DNA of 64,000 nt, from the NCBI RefSeq assembly GCF_020745735.1, contig NC_083445.1:7192001-7256000 (forward strand). Reading direction: 5' to 3'. Positions 50,501-59,270 of the stretch are shown one piece after another. Numbering within the stretch: position 1 is the stretch's first letter; the number at the start of each line of letters is the position of its first letter. This stretch comes from Hemiscyllium ocellatum. Taxonomy: Eukaryota. The notes below the pieces were generated by a model. It was given only the letters and a program-made list of their open reading frames with translations, was not told the origin of the DNA and did not search any database. Position numbers and translations under genes: made by a program.

Positions 50501-53477
50501 GTGGCATCTCAGACAGTGCAGCACTCCAGTTTTCCTCAGACACTTGTAGTGTCAGCCTAGATTTTCTACTAGTTAAGACATGGGCAACAGAGTTTTCAAT
50601 AACTCCCCCATTTATATAGGGTAAAATATGTGGGGCCAACCAGGAGTGCAGAGTCATAGTCGATCTAAGGGCAAGAAGTAGTCAACACAGACCAGTCTGA
50701 CGCGGACACTTATCCACTGCTACACAGCTGACACCTGAGATTTGAGTTCCGAATTGGTTTGAAATGTTTGTTCCTTTTTTTCTTAAACCAGCCCCGACAC
50801 AACTTATTCTGATGATAGCGGCCAGGAACCATTGGTGCAGCCTTCTCCTGTCTCAGAGTTTGACGATTTTGAGGACGATCTTGCTCATCCAATAGGAAGC
50901 TCAACTGCTCTGTATCCATTTGATGGTAAGATGGATGACCTTCCTGAAATAACTAAGACAGAAGTGAAGCTGTTGGGAAAATGGGCATTGATGCTTTGTC
51001 CTTGAACAAAATCTGCCACCAAGGGGCTGTATCTGAATGCAGCCCTTTGTCTTTGGGAGCTCTGTGTAAGTGAAATTTAAGATTTAAAATGTGGGCCAAC
51101 ATGAAAAATCTACAAGGTTTTTAAGAAAAGAGACAGAGACCAGATTCACATTTTGCTGAAAACAAAGTACAATCTGTTTTAGATTTTGGTATGAGTTAGA
51201 GAGCACAATATTATTCCATCCTCCAGGAGATATTTAGACCCTGGTTCTTGTTCCTCCTCCATACGCCACAACATCTGGGTCCACTTTCCCCATCTCAATA
51301 CTCTTTGTCATCACTACCTTCTGTATAAAGAGTAACCTCCACACAGACATGTGCCCAGTTTCCCAGCATTAAAGTATTCCTAATGAGATTCTGTCTATTT
51401 CACAAAGTCCTCGTATAGAGAGCTAATATTTAAGATCATATTGGGCAAGCTCACAGGTTGACCGTGAACTACATATGCAACCTTTAGTTGTATAAATCCA
51501 AATGGACTTGTGCTCAGTAACTAGAACTGAATTTACTGCAGGAGTGTTCATGGAGCCAAATCAATGGCTTGATAGTGTGTCCCCCACAGTCCAATCATCC
51601 CTGCACTAACCCAAATTGAGAATGGTTTTCCAAACCAATCAAATATTTAGAACTTGCCCAACTGCAGCAATGAATTCAGAAGCTGCATTTGTGTGTGTGT
51701 GTGTAAGAGTGCTTTCCCATTTTGTTTTGTTTCCCTCTTTTCCATCCATTGACCTCAAAGTAGTTTAGCTTTAACCAGTCAGCTCTCCCATTGGCCCAGT
51801 CCAAGTTACAGATCTTTGTGTGCACACCAAAGGTGTTGTGTTTGGGTGACTGTCTAACTGCATTTATGTTAAGGTAGCAAAATAGAGCAGAAATCCAAAC
51901 CGTCCATCACCACGCCCTCATTGGGATTATCTCGAAGGTGCACAAGCAATATCAGCTTTGACCTGATCTGATGATTTGGCACAGTGTTAGAGTGCATGGC
52001 ACACCTCACTCTTCAGCCTGGGTGGGGAGCCCTTGCTCTTTTTCTTGAACACAAAGAAATGCTCCCTTTGTATGGTGCCTTTCACAACCCTCAGGATATC
52101 CCGAAGCATTTTGGAACCTGTTTGTTCTGAAAGGGTGATCCGTTTTTAATCTAGGAAACATTGCAGTCATTTAGTGTGCAGCAAGCTCCCACAGAAAACA
52201 GTCGTGATTTGGGAATGACGGTGTAGGACTAGGGTGTACAAAGTTAAAAATCACACAACACCAGGTTATAGTCCAATAGGTTAAATTGGAAGGACTAGCA
52301 TCAGGTGAAGAAGCAGCACTCCAAAAGCTAGTGCTTTCAATTAAACCTGGACTATAACCTGGTGTTGTGTGATTTTTAACAGAAAACAGTGTGATTGTGA
52401 CCAGGTAATCTCTCCTATTTTAGTGATGTTAGTTGAGGGGCAAATATTGGCAAGAACATTTCTGCTCCATTTTTCAGTTGTGCCATTCTTTAAGCACTCC
52501 TGAAGGAAGAGTTGGACCTCAGTTTAATGGCTAATCCAAAAGGTAGCACCTCTGATAGTACAGCACTCCCATTAGTACTGCACTATGGGCATCAGCCTAG
52601 AATTTGCACTCAAGCTTGGAATGGGACTCAAATCCACAACCTTCTACAACCTGTGGGCGGTACAGTGGCACAGTGGTTAGCACTGCTGCCTCACAGCGCC
52701 AGAGACCCGGGTTCAATTCCCGCCTCAGGTGACTGACTGTGTGGAGTTTGCACGTTTTCCCTGTGTCTGCGTGGGTTTCCTTCAGGTGCTCCGGTTTCCT
52801 CCCACAGTCCAAAGATGTGCGGGTCAGGTGAATTGGCCATGCTAAATTGCCCGTAGTGTTAGGTAAGGGGCAAATGTAGGGTATGGATGGGTTGCGCTTC
52901 AGCGGGTCGGTGTGGACTTGTTGGGCCAAAGGGCCTGTTTCCACACTGTAAGTAATCTAAACTCTAATTAATCTAATCTAAACTCTAACTCTGAGGGGAA
53001 TGACAACCACTGAGCCATAGCTGAGACACCATTTCTACTTCCTCTCGCTCCAACCACACCACTCGCTCATAACGCTGCAATAATAGTTGAACTCCAAGAG
53101 TTCAAACAGAGTTTGTCTCTTACATCAACAAATTTCTGGATGTGTGGTGTGGAAACGTGTTGAGATAGATGATCAGCCATGATCAAATTGAGTGCAAGAG
53201 TGGGCTTGATGGGCTGAATGGCCTACTCCTGTCCCAGTCCCAGCTCTTGAACACATGGGCATGCACACTGAAGAGTTGTGCGGACAAAACAATGAGTTAA
53301 CACTCTGATTTGTTCCTTACAGGTAACAGCGAAGGGACCATTCCAATGGCAGAGGGAGAGGTGCTGCAACTGATTGAGGAGGACAAGGGTGATGGATGGA
53401 CCCGGGTGAGGCGGAGCGATGGGGAGGAAGGCTATGTACCCACCTCCTACGTGAAAATCACCCTGAGCAGGAAGTGA
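11787..53477 (+). CDS. TRIP10: TRIP10/CIP4 (Cdc42-interacting protein 4; F-BAR, HR1, SH3), multi-exon gene, coding exons 2-15
   Basis: 14 exons with GT-AG junctions and compatible phases splice to a 590-aa ORF. Motifs that match CIP4 rather than FNBP1/FNBP1L as I recall them: [70 protein letters not shown]. Without exon 10 and with an 8-aa first exon the product would be 545 aa, matching the recalled length of human CIP4a. Confidence 0.93.
12440..13010 (+). mobile_element. CR1 LINE 3' end (second subfamily)
   Basis: [17 protein letters not shown]...[13 protein letters not shown]; 3' UTR ...GGGCCGAATGGCCT...TATGGTCTTATG. Confidence 0.9.
14265..14601 (-). mobile_element. HE1-type V-SINE
   Basis: Same family, reverse orientation. 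Confidence 0.9.
15193..15539 (-). mobile_element. HE1-type V-SINE
   Basis: Same family. Confidence 0.9.
16711..16767 (+). CDS. TRIP10: TRIP10 exon 3 (57 nt) [18 protein letters not shown](K)
   Basis: cttccctcag|G ... AA|gtaagt; phase 2/2. Confidence 0.95.
18750..18897 (+). CDS. TRIP10: TRIP10 exon 4 (148 nt) [28 protein letters not shown]...KQERKM
   Basis: ccctgcag|G ... ATG|gtatgg. Confidence 0.95.
19480..20030 (+). mobile_element. Degraded CR1 LINE 3' end
   Basis: [10 protein letters not shown]-type peptide and the ...GATCAGCCATGAT... tail. Confidence 0.7.
19671..19715. repeat. (GT)n microsatellite inside a CR1 fragment
   Basis: Seen directly. Confidence 0.95.
20079..20141 (+). CDS. TRIP10: TRIP10 exon 5 (63 nt) [21 protein letters not shown]
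   Basis: cttttcag|CAT ... AAT|gtaagt. Confidence 0.95.
20250..21920 (-). mobile_element. Old LINE fragment(s), interrupted by an HE1 SINE
   Basis: Degraded LINE-like sequence related to the dispersed tail family at about 960, 8290, 44420 and 60190. Confidence 0.45.
21268..21562 (-). mobile_element. HE1-type V-SINE with (CTAAT)n tail
   Basis: Same family; GATTAGATTAGATTAGATTA tail. Confidence 0.9.
22076..22180 (+). CDS. TRIP10: TRIP10 exon 6 (105 nt) [35 protein letters not shown]
   Basis: ccccacag|GCA ... AAG|gtagac. Confidence 0.95.
22614..23030 (-). mobile_element. HE1-type V-SINE plus adjacent second 3' tail fragment
   Basis: Same family. Confidence 0.9.
23040..23300 (+). mobile_element. 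Older Penelope-like 3' end/pLTR with degenerate hammerhead core (CTGATGA...GAAA at 23176-23200)
   Basis: CTGATGAAAGATCATCGAGCTGAAATGTT followed by the CACAGATACTGCT...ACCTGCT tail seen in related copies. Confidence 0.5.
23665..24006 (+). mobile_element. HE1-type V-SINE (rearranged 3' part)
   Basis: Same family. Confidence 0.85.
24121..24249 (+). CDS. TRIP10: TRIP10 exon 7 (129 nt) [43 protein letters not shown]
   Basis: tctctcag|GCA ... AAT|gtaagt. Confidence 0.95.
25121..25448 (+). mobile_element. HE1-type V-SINE ending about 50 nt before exon 8
   Basis: Same family. Confidence 0.9.
25498..25644 (+). CDS. TRIP10: TRIP10 exon 8 (147 nt) [49 protein letters not shown]
   Basis: ttttacag|AAA ... 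GGG|gtacgt. Confidence 0.95.
25697..26370 (+). mobile_element. Deu-domain SINE split by HE1
   Basis: GCAGTATTGAGGGAATGC, CCCTCTCAGGTAAATGTCAAAGAT, ACAGATCATCTGGTCAT, TTTGGGGACGTCCTGA. Confidence 0.65.
25938..26228 (+). mobile_element. HE1-type V-SINE nested in a Deu-domain SINE
   Basis: Same family; host SINE halves at about 25697-25937 and 26245-26370. Confidence 0.85.
26593..26790 (+). CDS. TRIP10: TRIP10 exon 9 (198 nt) [26 protein letters not shown]...[12 protein letters not shown]
   Basis: tttaatcag|GAT ... AAG|gtagag; end of F-BAR plus basic linker. Confidence 0.95.
28670..29322 (+). mobile_element. Degraded CR1 LINE 3' end
   Basis: GAGACCGCACCTGGAGT...TTTTGGTCTCCTT; tail GGCTCGAAGGGCCGAAAGGCCTACTCCTGC. 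Confidence 0.8.
30120..30355. mobile_element. Penelope-like pLTR insertion as inverted pair (94-bp hairpin) with hammerhead motifs
   Basis: Arms at 30122-30215 and 30220-30313; 13-nt TSD TCTCTTGAGGTTT at 30107-30119 and 30356-30368; same pLTR sequence as 62479-62571. Confidence 0.85.
30220..30255 (+). ncRNA. Minimal type I hammerhead ribozyme motif (PLE-type), predicted cleavage after GUC at 30251
   Basis: AUUC-CUGAUGA-A-GGGC(UUAU)GCCC-GAAA-CGUC-GAAU. Confidence 0.65.
34965..35123 (+). CDS. TRIP10: TRIP10 exon 10, symmetric (phase 0/0) proline-rich cassette exon (159 nt) [53 protein letters not shown]
   Basis: attaacag|CTT ... GGG|gtaagt; similar to the alternatively spliced linker insert of long CIP4 isoforms (NGPPSP..RDPL..EISKSVKPRLASFRSLRG). 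Confidence 0.9.
35665..35958. repeat. CA-rich degenerate microsatellite with internal duplication
   Basis: (CA)n/CCCCACACAC blocks; CCCCACACACACCCACACCTCC occurs twice. Confidence 0.9.
37641..37868 (+). mobile_element. HE1-type V-SINE (3' truncated)
   Basis: Same family. Confidence 0.85.
38230..38579 (+). mobile_element. HE1-type V-SINE nested in an older Penelope-like pLTR remnant
   Basis: Same family; flanks continue ...TTAACTCTGCTTTCTCTCC / AGATGCTGCCAGACCTGC. Confidence 0.85.
38930..39575 (+). mobile_element. Highly degraded CR1 LINE 3' end
   Basis: Residual ORF2 C-terminal and 3' UTR motifs. Confidence 0.6.
40958..41645 (-). mobile_element. CR1 (HER1-like) LINE 3' end with nested Penelope-like insertion
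   Basis: Minus [23 protein letters not shown]...[14 protein letters not shown] / [23 protein letters not shown]. Confidence 0.9.
41152..41364. mobile_element. Inverted pair of Penelope-like pLTRs nested in a CR1 3' end
   Basis: Inverted arms with degenerate hammerhead cores; host sequence CCTCTGGCAG duplicated on both sides. Confidence 0.8.
43213..43525 (+). mobile_element. HE1-type V-SINE
   Basis: Same family. Confidence 0.9.
43530..43885 (+). mobile_element. Degraded CR1 LINE 3' end
   Basis: Residual motifs and GACTGAATGGCCTCCTCCT tail. Confidence 0.55.
44053..44162 (+). CDS. TRIP10: TRIP10 exon 11 (110 nt), HR1 start [36 protein letters not shown](S)
   Basis: cctcgcag|CTC ... AG|gtaaat. 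Confidence 0.95.
45617..45966 (+). mobile_element. HE1-type V-SINE
   Basis: Same family. Confidence 0.9.
46510..46728 (+). mobile_element. Old SINE-like repeat of a further family (second copy at about 62905-63100, minus strand)
   Basis: Shared core TGAGGTTACCATGAAG...GGTGTGGTGACCCT..GGTTAAACCACCACCAGTCATCTCTCTAATGAG found twice in the window; family name not assigned. Confidence 0.65.
46774..46869 (-). pseudogene. Truncated, diverged 5S rRNA copy (about nt 1-95 of 5S)
   Basis: Reverse complement GTCCATCGCCATACTCGTCTGAAAACACCCAACCTCGTGTGATGTCAGAAGCTAAGCAGACTCAGGCCTGGTTAATACTCGGACGGGAGATCACCT aligns by eye to vertebrate 5S, including box A and box C; the 3' ~25 nt are missing. Confidence 0.85.
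47189..47282 (+). mobile_element. Solo Penelope-like pLTR fragment with variant hammerhead core
   Basis: CTGATGA-A-GGGC(TCTG)GCCC-GAAA-CCTC; TSD TCAGAATGTTA at 47178-47188 and 47283-47293. Confidence 0.8.
47511..47558. repeat. (CT)n microsatellite
   Basis: Seen directly. Confidence 0.95.
48475..48607 (+). CDS. TRIP10: TRIP10 exon 12 (133 nt), HR1 [44 protein letters not shown]
   Basis: ctctctcag|C ... GAG|gtgaga. Confidence 0.95.
48926..49242 (-). mobile_element. HE1-type V-SINE
   Basis: Same family. Confidence 0.9.
49585..49703 (+). CDS. TRIP10: TRIP10 exon 13 (119 nt) [39 protein letters not shown](S)
   Basis: gttttgaag|ATG ... AG|gtaagt; xWLAEAE motif. Confidence 0.9.
50093..50412 (+). 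mobile_element. HE1-type V-SINE with internal 19-nt inversion
   Basis: Same family. Confidence 0.9.
50792..50925 (+). CDS. TRIP10: TRIP10 exon 14 (134 nt), acidic linker and SH3 start [12 protein letters not shown]...[23 protein letters not shown]
   Basis: ttaaaccag|C ... G|gtaaga. Confidence 0.93.
52210..52380. mobile_element. Second Penelope-like family, inverted-repeat insertion with perfect 33-bp arms
   Basis: GTTAAAAATCACACAACACCAGGTTATAGTCCA at 52243-52275 and its exact reverse complement at 52348-52380; ACAGAAAACAGT duplicated at the flanks. Confidence 0.7.
52655..52991 (+). mobile_element. HE1-type V-SINE with TAATC-like tail
   Basis: Same family; nested in the head of a minus-strand Deu-SINE. 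Confidence 0.9.
53323..53477 (+). CDS. TRIP10: TRIP10 exon 15 coding part, SH3 (G)[50 protein letters not shown]
   Basis: ccttacag|GT ... TGA at 53475-53477. Confidence 0.95.
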
Positions 53478-55110
53478 GCCAGGATTTGCCGGTGGTCATA
53501 AGACATTTATCCTCTGGTTCGCAGTGTCTCATTTTCTTTCTTTGAACCAGGATGGAGCAGACAGAGAGCGTTCTGTGGGATAGATGGCTCCATGGACAAG
53601 TGGGAGAGGGACGAGGGTTAACTGACCCTCCGTGGTATTCACATTGGAAAATAAAAAACCCGAGAGTCGCTTAGTTACATTTGTAATACCTTTGGCACAT
53701 TATTAGGAAAGCATCTATGATCTTTCAGTCCACTGTAAGATGACTCTGTCCAGCTGCAGTTTATGCTGGTACAATAGATACCACTCTAATGTACATAATA
53801 TGTAGTAATAACTGTATTTAGGGATGAACATGCTGATCACCGATGGCATCTTTTATATAGGTATTTTGCATTGAATTTGTTTTTTTTGCCCACATTTGTG
53901 GAATCATTTCAGGCGAGAAATAGGACAACATGCAGAACATACCCTGGAATCTGGTTGAAGGGCTTGTACAAACCGGATGATGATGCTTGCAAGGGAAGAA
54001 ATCTAAGCTGCCAAAGCACCCCGTTGTTTAATGTCATGGCTTTGTTAGAAGGATATGAAAATCCTGCAAGAGTTGGCCCGTGCCTATTTCAAAAACAACA
54101 GGGCGTAGGGTCACGGGAAAATCCAAGCTCTCTGTGGGGATGCTGGGGTCCACCTAGATGAAACAGACTGGTGAAGGCCAACACTAAGAAGCTGCTTGCC
54201 CAAGAGTGTAGGGTATAGACGATGGGCTCTTCAAATGGCTGGGTGCTGGACAGCAAAGGTCCCTGCCCAGCTCAGCCATCGTCCTGACGGTCCTTTTATT
54301 TTTAAACCAGCACTCGCAGCCTTCTGGGATTTTTAATGAACACGACTGTCGTGATGTCTCTGGAGATTTAAATTAAAAAGAGGAAGGTGGCAGTCCCAGA
54401 TTCAAGTGCATACCTGCTGTGCTTTTATCGTAGAACATCGACTGGAATCATCGCCGAGTTAATTGGTGTTTTAAGCGTAAATCATTCGGGATGCAGGCGT
54501 GAGTTGAGCACAGCTGCAAATTCTTCCAGAGTTGATACGTGCGTGGGGAGTACGTGACTCAAAACATCGCGTCAGTTCTTTGGTGATGTTTGGTGACCTG
54601 TTCGGAATGTAGCCTATCTGTTATATCCTGGTGCCACAACTACATTATGAATCATTTGTGATTGTATCATAGACTAATAATGCACTTGACGTTACAATAG
54701 GACAGTAACATGATTGTTACCCCACCTGGTTTTAATCCTGTAATAAAATGCTATTCCAACTGAGGACTCCATGTCTTATCACCTCTTATAAATACTCAAC
54801 AGCTCGCATTGAAGCTATCTAGACGTGATGGTTTTCCCACTGGGTTTCTGTAATCTCATTTGTCATTCAGGCAGATCCAAAACACAATGTTGGATGGAGA
54901 GACATTTTGGGAGGAGTGTGGGTGAGAGAGAGAAACCTGGGAGTTTGTTCCTTTTCCACATTTCCTCTACCTCGGTTTGATGATTCCAAGAAGAGATTAA
55001 ACCCTCCTCCCTACTCGTTCACTTTGATGCACTCCATATTTTTCATGCTGCGACTTTGCACATCATCTTATGGAGATGGGGTTTTTTTTAAATAAACAGT
55101 GAATGTTGTC
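53478..55110 (+). other. Probable TRIP10 3' UTR with candidate poly(A) signals AATAAA at 53650, 54742 and 55091
   Basis: Repeat-poor sequence after the stop codon; hexamers seen directly; the site actually used is unknown. Confidence 0.55.
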
Positions 55111-56586
55111 CACCCTGCACACTAACTTTCATGTTTCCCCAGAGGCCAATGATTGACTTTGATCTGGGCTACTCACTGACATCTGGCCTAGCTCACCAGC
55201 TGTGATCAATACAGCCATTCACCAGATCAAGTAAGGGCAGTGTACCGGGGTTTTATTTTACTCAAATGTTTCAATTATTTTAATCACTCTCACGAGTCAT
55301 CCTGTCCTCCAATTTCAGTGTGCCTTGACGAAATACAACTTGTATTTATAAGGGATCCTAAGTACAGAAGCTGTAGCAACAGACATTGAGCTTCTGAGAG
55401 GCAAGTTAAGAGATGTCACCAGAACGTGTGGTGAAGGTTTGAGAAGGACTTTTAAGGAAATGAAGGGTTTTGGAAGAAAGAGGTAGGACCTGAGTCAGGA
55501 TGCAGCCCTGGTGATGACCAATGGGTCATGAGACAGCCTTAGGTGGAACAGCACTTGATCATCGTTTGCACGCTGTGGTTCTGACATTGCAAGGGATCCC
55601 CAAAGAAAAGTCCCTTCCCTTCTGAGTTTACAGGGAGCCATCACTTTGAGGCTTGTTTCAGGAGAACTTTGAAGAAACAGGTATCTCCCTGATATTCCTG
55701 GCTGGGGAAAGCAGGAGAAATCAAGAAATATTCTGCAAAAGTGAGGAGGAGTTTTATTTGAGAGTAATTTTTTTTAACAAATAAATCCTTTCCGCATTGT
55801 CTTCAGTGGGGACTTGTAATGTGTGGGGTGCAGTTTTACCCTTCTTACAATTGGATTGTTTCTTTCTGGTTTCATTCAAATGCCTATGCAGACAGAGCTG
55901 TCATTTATAATTGAAACTTGGTAAATAAGAGCAGGAGAGAAAATATTCAGCCCTTGAGCCTGCTCTGCCATTCAATGAGATCGAGGCTGATCTACCTCAA
56001 TGTCATTTTCTTCACTTCCTTTGTCTAAAGTGCCTTCTGTCTTTGGATTTCCCCGCGGGTCAGCACAGTTAAGAATAAATTGCTCTGATCACTCTCTTTG
56101 AGTGCATTCTTTTTGCAGGCGCTTACAGTGTGGCTGGACAGTTAAATCCCTACTCTCACTCTTCCCTCCCCTTGTGGCAATGTGTACAGTTCAAGGGATC
56201 TCTGCTGAGGAAGGTGGCAGTTGGGGAGAATTGCTACCAGCTCTGCATTCCTAAATTAAGTGGAAAGGTGGTTCTGATAAATGGTCATCGATCTGAAAAG
56301 TTAATGTCATTCCCCCCCCCCCCCCCCCACACAGATGCTGCCTGAGCCTGTTGAGTATTCCCAGCAACATTCATTCTTACTGTGGGATAAAGACCAACGC
56401 GGTCCTCCTGGTTTTGGGAAGGTAAAGGGGGGTGCAGGACATTATTGAGTGACATGGGAGCACAAGGAGAATGTGCATCAGGTGAGGGTTCGGCAGCGCC
56501 TGGCAGTTTCCAAGTATTCATTGCTTCAGCCTTTGAATAGGCCAGGGAAAATGTCTTCCATTGACATACCCTTGACTCTGTTTCCG

Positions 56587-57790
56587 AGTCATACAGTACA
56601 GAAACAGACCCTTCGGTCCAACTAGTCCACACTGACCATGTTCCCAAACTAAACTAGTCCCGCCTGACACCACTTGGCCTGTATCTCTCCAAATACAGCC
56701 ATAGAGATGTACAGAATGGAAACAGACCCTTCAGTCCAACCCGTCCATGCCGACCAGATATCCCAACCCAATCTAGTCCCACCTGCCAGCACCCGGCCCA
56801 TATCCCTCCAAACCCTTCCTATTCATATACCCATCCAAATGCCTCTTAAATGTTGCAATTGTACTAGCCTCCACTACTTCCTCTGGCAGCTCATTCCATA
56901 CACGTACCACCCTCTCCGTGAAAAAGTTGCCCCTTAGGTCTCTTTTATATCTTTCCCCTCTCACCATAAACCTATGCCCTCTAGTTCTGGACTCCCCAAC
57001 CCCAGGGAAAAGACTTTGCCTATTTATCCTATCCATGCCCCTCATAATTTTGTAAACCTCTATAAGGTCACCCCTCAGCCTCCGATGTTCCAGGGAAAAC
57101 AGCCCCAGCCTGTTCAGCCTCTGCCTGTAGCTCAGATCCTCCAATCCTGGCAACATCCTTGTAAATCTTTTCTGAACCCTTTCAAGTTTCACAACATCTT
57201 TCCGATAGGAAGGAGACCAGAATGCACGCAATATTCCAACAGTGGCCTAACCAATGTTCTGTACAGCCGCAACATGACCTCCCAATTCCTGTACTCAATA
57301 CTCTGACCAATAAAGGAAAGCATACCAAACGCCGCCTTCATTATCCTATCTCCTGCAACTCCACTTTCAAGGAGCTATGAACCTGCACTCCAAGGTCTCT
57401 TTGTTCAGCAACACTCCCTAGGACCTTACCATTAAGTGTATAAGTCCTGCTAAGTTTTGCTTTCCCAAAATGCAGCACCTCGCATTTATCGGAATTAAAC
57501 TCCATCTGCCACTTCTCTGCCCATTGGCCCATCTGGTCAAGATCCTGTTGTAATCTGAGGTAACCCTCTTTGCTGTCCAGTACACCTCCAATTTTGGTGT
57601 CATCTGCAAACTTACTAACTGTACCTCTTATGCTCACAACCAAATCATTTATGTAAATGACAAAAAGTAGAGGACCCAGCACCGATCCTTGTAGCACTCC
57701 ACTGGTCACAGGCCTCCAGTCTGAAAAACAACCCTCCACCACCACCCTCTGTCTTCTACCTTTGAGCCAGTTCTGTATCCAAATGTCTAG
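56587..57790 (-). mobile_element. Young CR1 (HER1-like) LINE, about 1.1 kb 5'-truncated RT fragment, with an extra stacked 3' tail
   Basis: RT motifs SGVLQGSVLGPLLFVIYINDL, KFADDTKIGG, WAEKWQMEFN; nearly identical to the copies at 8443 and 40958. Confidence 0.95.
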
Positions 57791-57794
57791 TCTT

Positions 57795-59270
57795 TCTTAT
57801 TCATGAACTTATCCAAATGCATTTTAAATGTTCTAACTGTACCTGCATCCACCACTTCCTCTGGCAGTTCATTTCACACACAAACCACTCTGTATAAAAG
57901 TAAAGTTGCCCCATATCTTGTTTTAAATCTTTCTCCTCACACCTTAATAATATGCCCCCCTAGTTTTGAACTCCCCCACCCTCAGACCCTTGTTGTTCAA
58001 CTTATCTATACCCTTCATGATTTTCTAAACCTCAGCAAGATCACCCCTCAATCTCCTAAGCTCCAGTGAGAAAAGTCCCAGCCTTTCCAGGATATTTTTA
58101 TACCTAAAACCATCCAGTCCTGGCAACAAACTGGTAATTTTTTTTCTGAACCCTGTCTAGTTAAGTAGTGACATTCCTGAAACAGGGTGACCAGAAGTAC
58201 AAACAGTGCTCCAGATGTGGCCTCACCAACGTTCTGTCCAACCTCAACATGACATCCCAACTCCTGTACTCAGGTGTGAGTAATGAAGGTAAGCGTACTC
58301 AACACCTTAACCACCTTGCCTATCTGTGACTGAAATTTCAAAGAATTTTGTGCCTGAACCTCTCAATCTCTCTTCTACAGCACTATCCAGGGCCCCCTAC
58401 CATTAATTGTATAAGTCGTGCTCTCGTTTGCATTACCAAAACACAGTAACTCATATTTATCCAAATTGCATTTGCCGCCACTCGTCCCACTGAACCCAAT
58501 GATTCAGACAACCTTCTTCGCTATCCACTGTGCCACTAATTTTGGTGTCATCTGCAAACTTACTAACCATGCCTCCTATATTCTCATCCAAATCGGTTAT
58601 ACAAATGATAAGCAAGAGTGGCCCCGGTACTGAACACCGCTGGACACAGACCTCTGGACCAAAAAAAACAAGCCTCTACCACCACCCTCTGTCTCCTACT
58701 GTCATACCAATCTTGTATCCAGTTGGCAACCTTACCCTGAATCCCATGTGATTCTAACTTAGCTAATTAGTCAAAGGCATTACCAAAGCCCAAGTAAACA
58801 ATTTCTACCGCTGTGCCCTAATCAATCTTTTTGGTTACTTCAAAAAAAAACTCAGCTCGTTAATATTTCAACCATCTGCTGTTACTCTTTATGAGACTCT
58901 ATTTCCCTTGCACAAAGCCATGCAGACTCTATCCCTAATTAATCTTTGCCTCTCCAAATGCAGGTCGATCCTATCTTTCATAATCACCTCCAACAATGTA
59001 TCCGTCACCAAAGTCAAGACTCACCGGTCTGTAGTTTCCAGGCTGCTTCTTACAGTCTTGTTTTTAAAAATACACAACATTAGCCATCCTGCAGTCCTCT
59101 GGGTACTTCACCTGTGTTTATAGATAATACAAATACTTCTGTTGAGGCCCCACAATTTCCTACCTAACTTCCCACAACGTGCTGGGAAACACTTGATCAG
59201 ATCCTGGAGATTTATCTACCTTTATGATTTCTAAGACCTGCAGTACTTCCTGTTCTGTATTGCGAACTGT
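57795..59270 (-). mobile_element. Older CR1 LINE RT fragment
   Basis: Second copy of the FADDTK-encoding segment (TTTTGGTGTCATCTGCAAACTTACTAA) with many disablements. Confidence 0.85.

Larger units (their letters stand above)
52050..53022 (-). mobile_element. Deu-domain SINE (SacSINE1/AmnSINE1-like), interrupted by two younger insertions
   Basis: Reverse complement contains CAGTACTAATGGGAGTGCTGTACTATCAGAGGTGCTACCTTT, CCCTCAACTAACATCACTAAAA, TGTGGGAGCTTGCTGCAC. Confidence 0.7.

Noticed and set aside
11787-53477. Assignment to FNBP1 or FNBP1L
   Set aside because: [22 protein letters not shown], the RDPL..EI.K.VKPR insert, MAEGE and the short SH3 tail fit TRIP10 better; a phylogenetic tree would be decisive.
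56773-57745. Reverse-transcriptase-like ORFs as a functional gene
   Set aside because: 5'-truncated CR1 ORF2 broken into separate frames; not autonomous.
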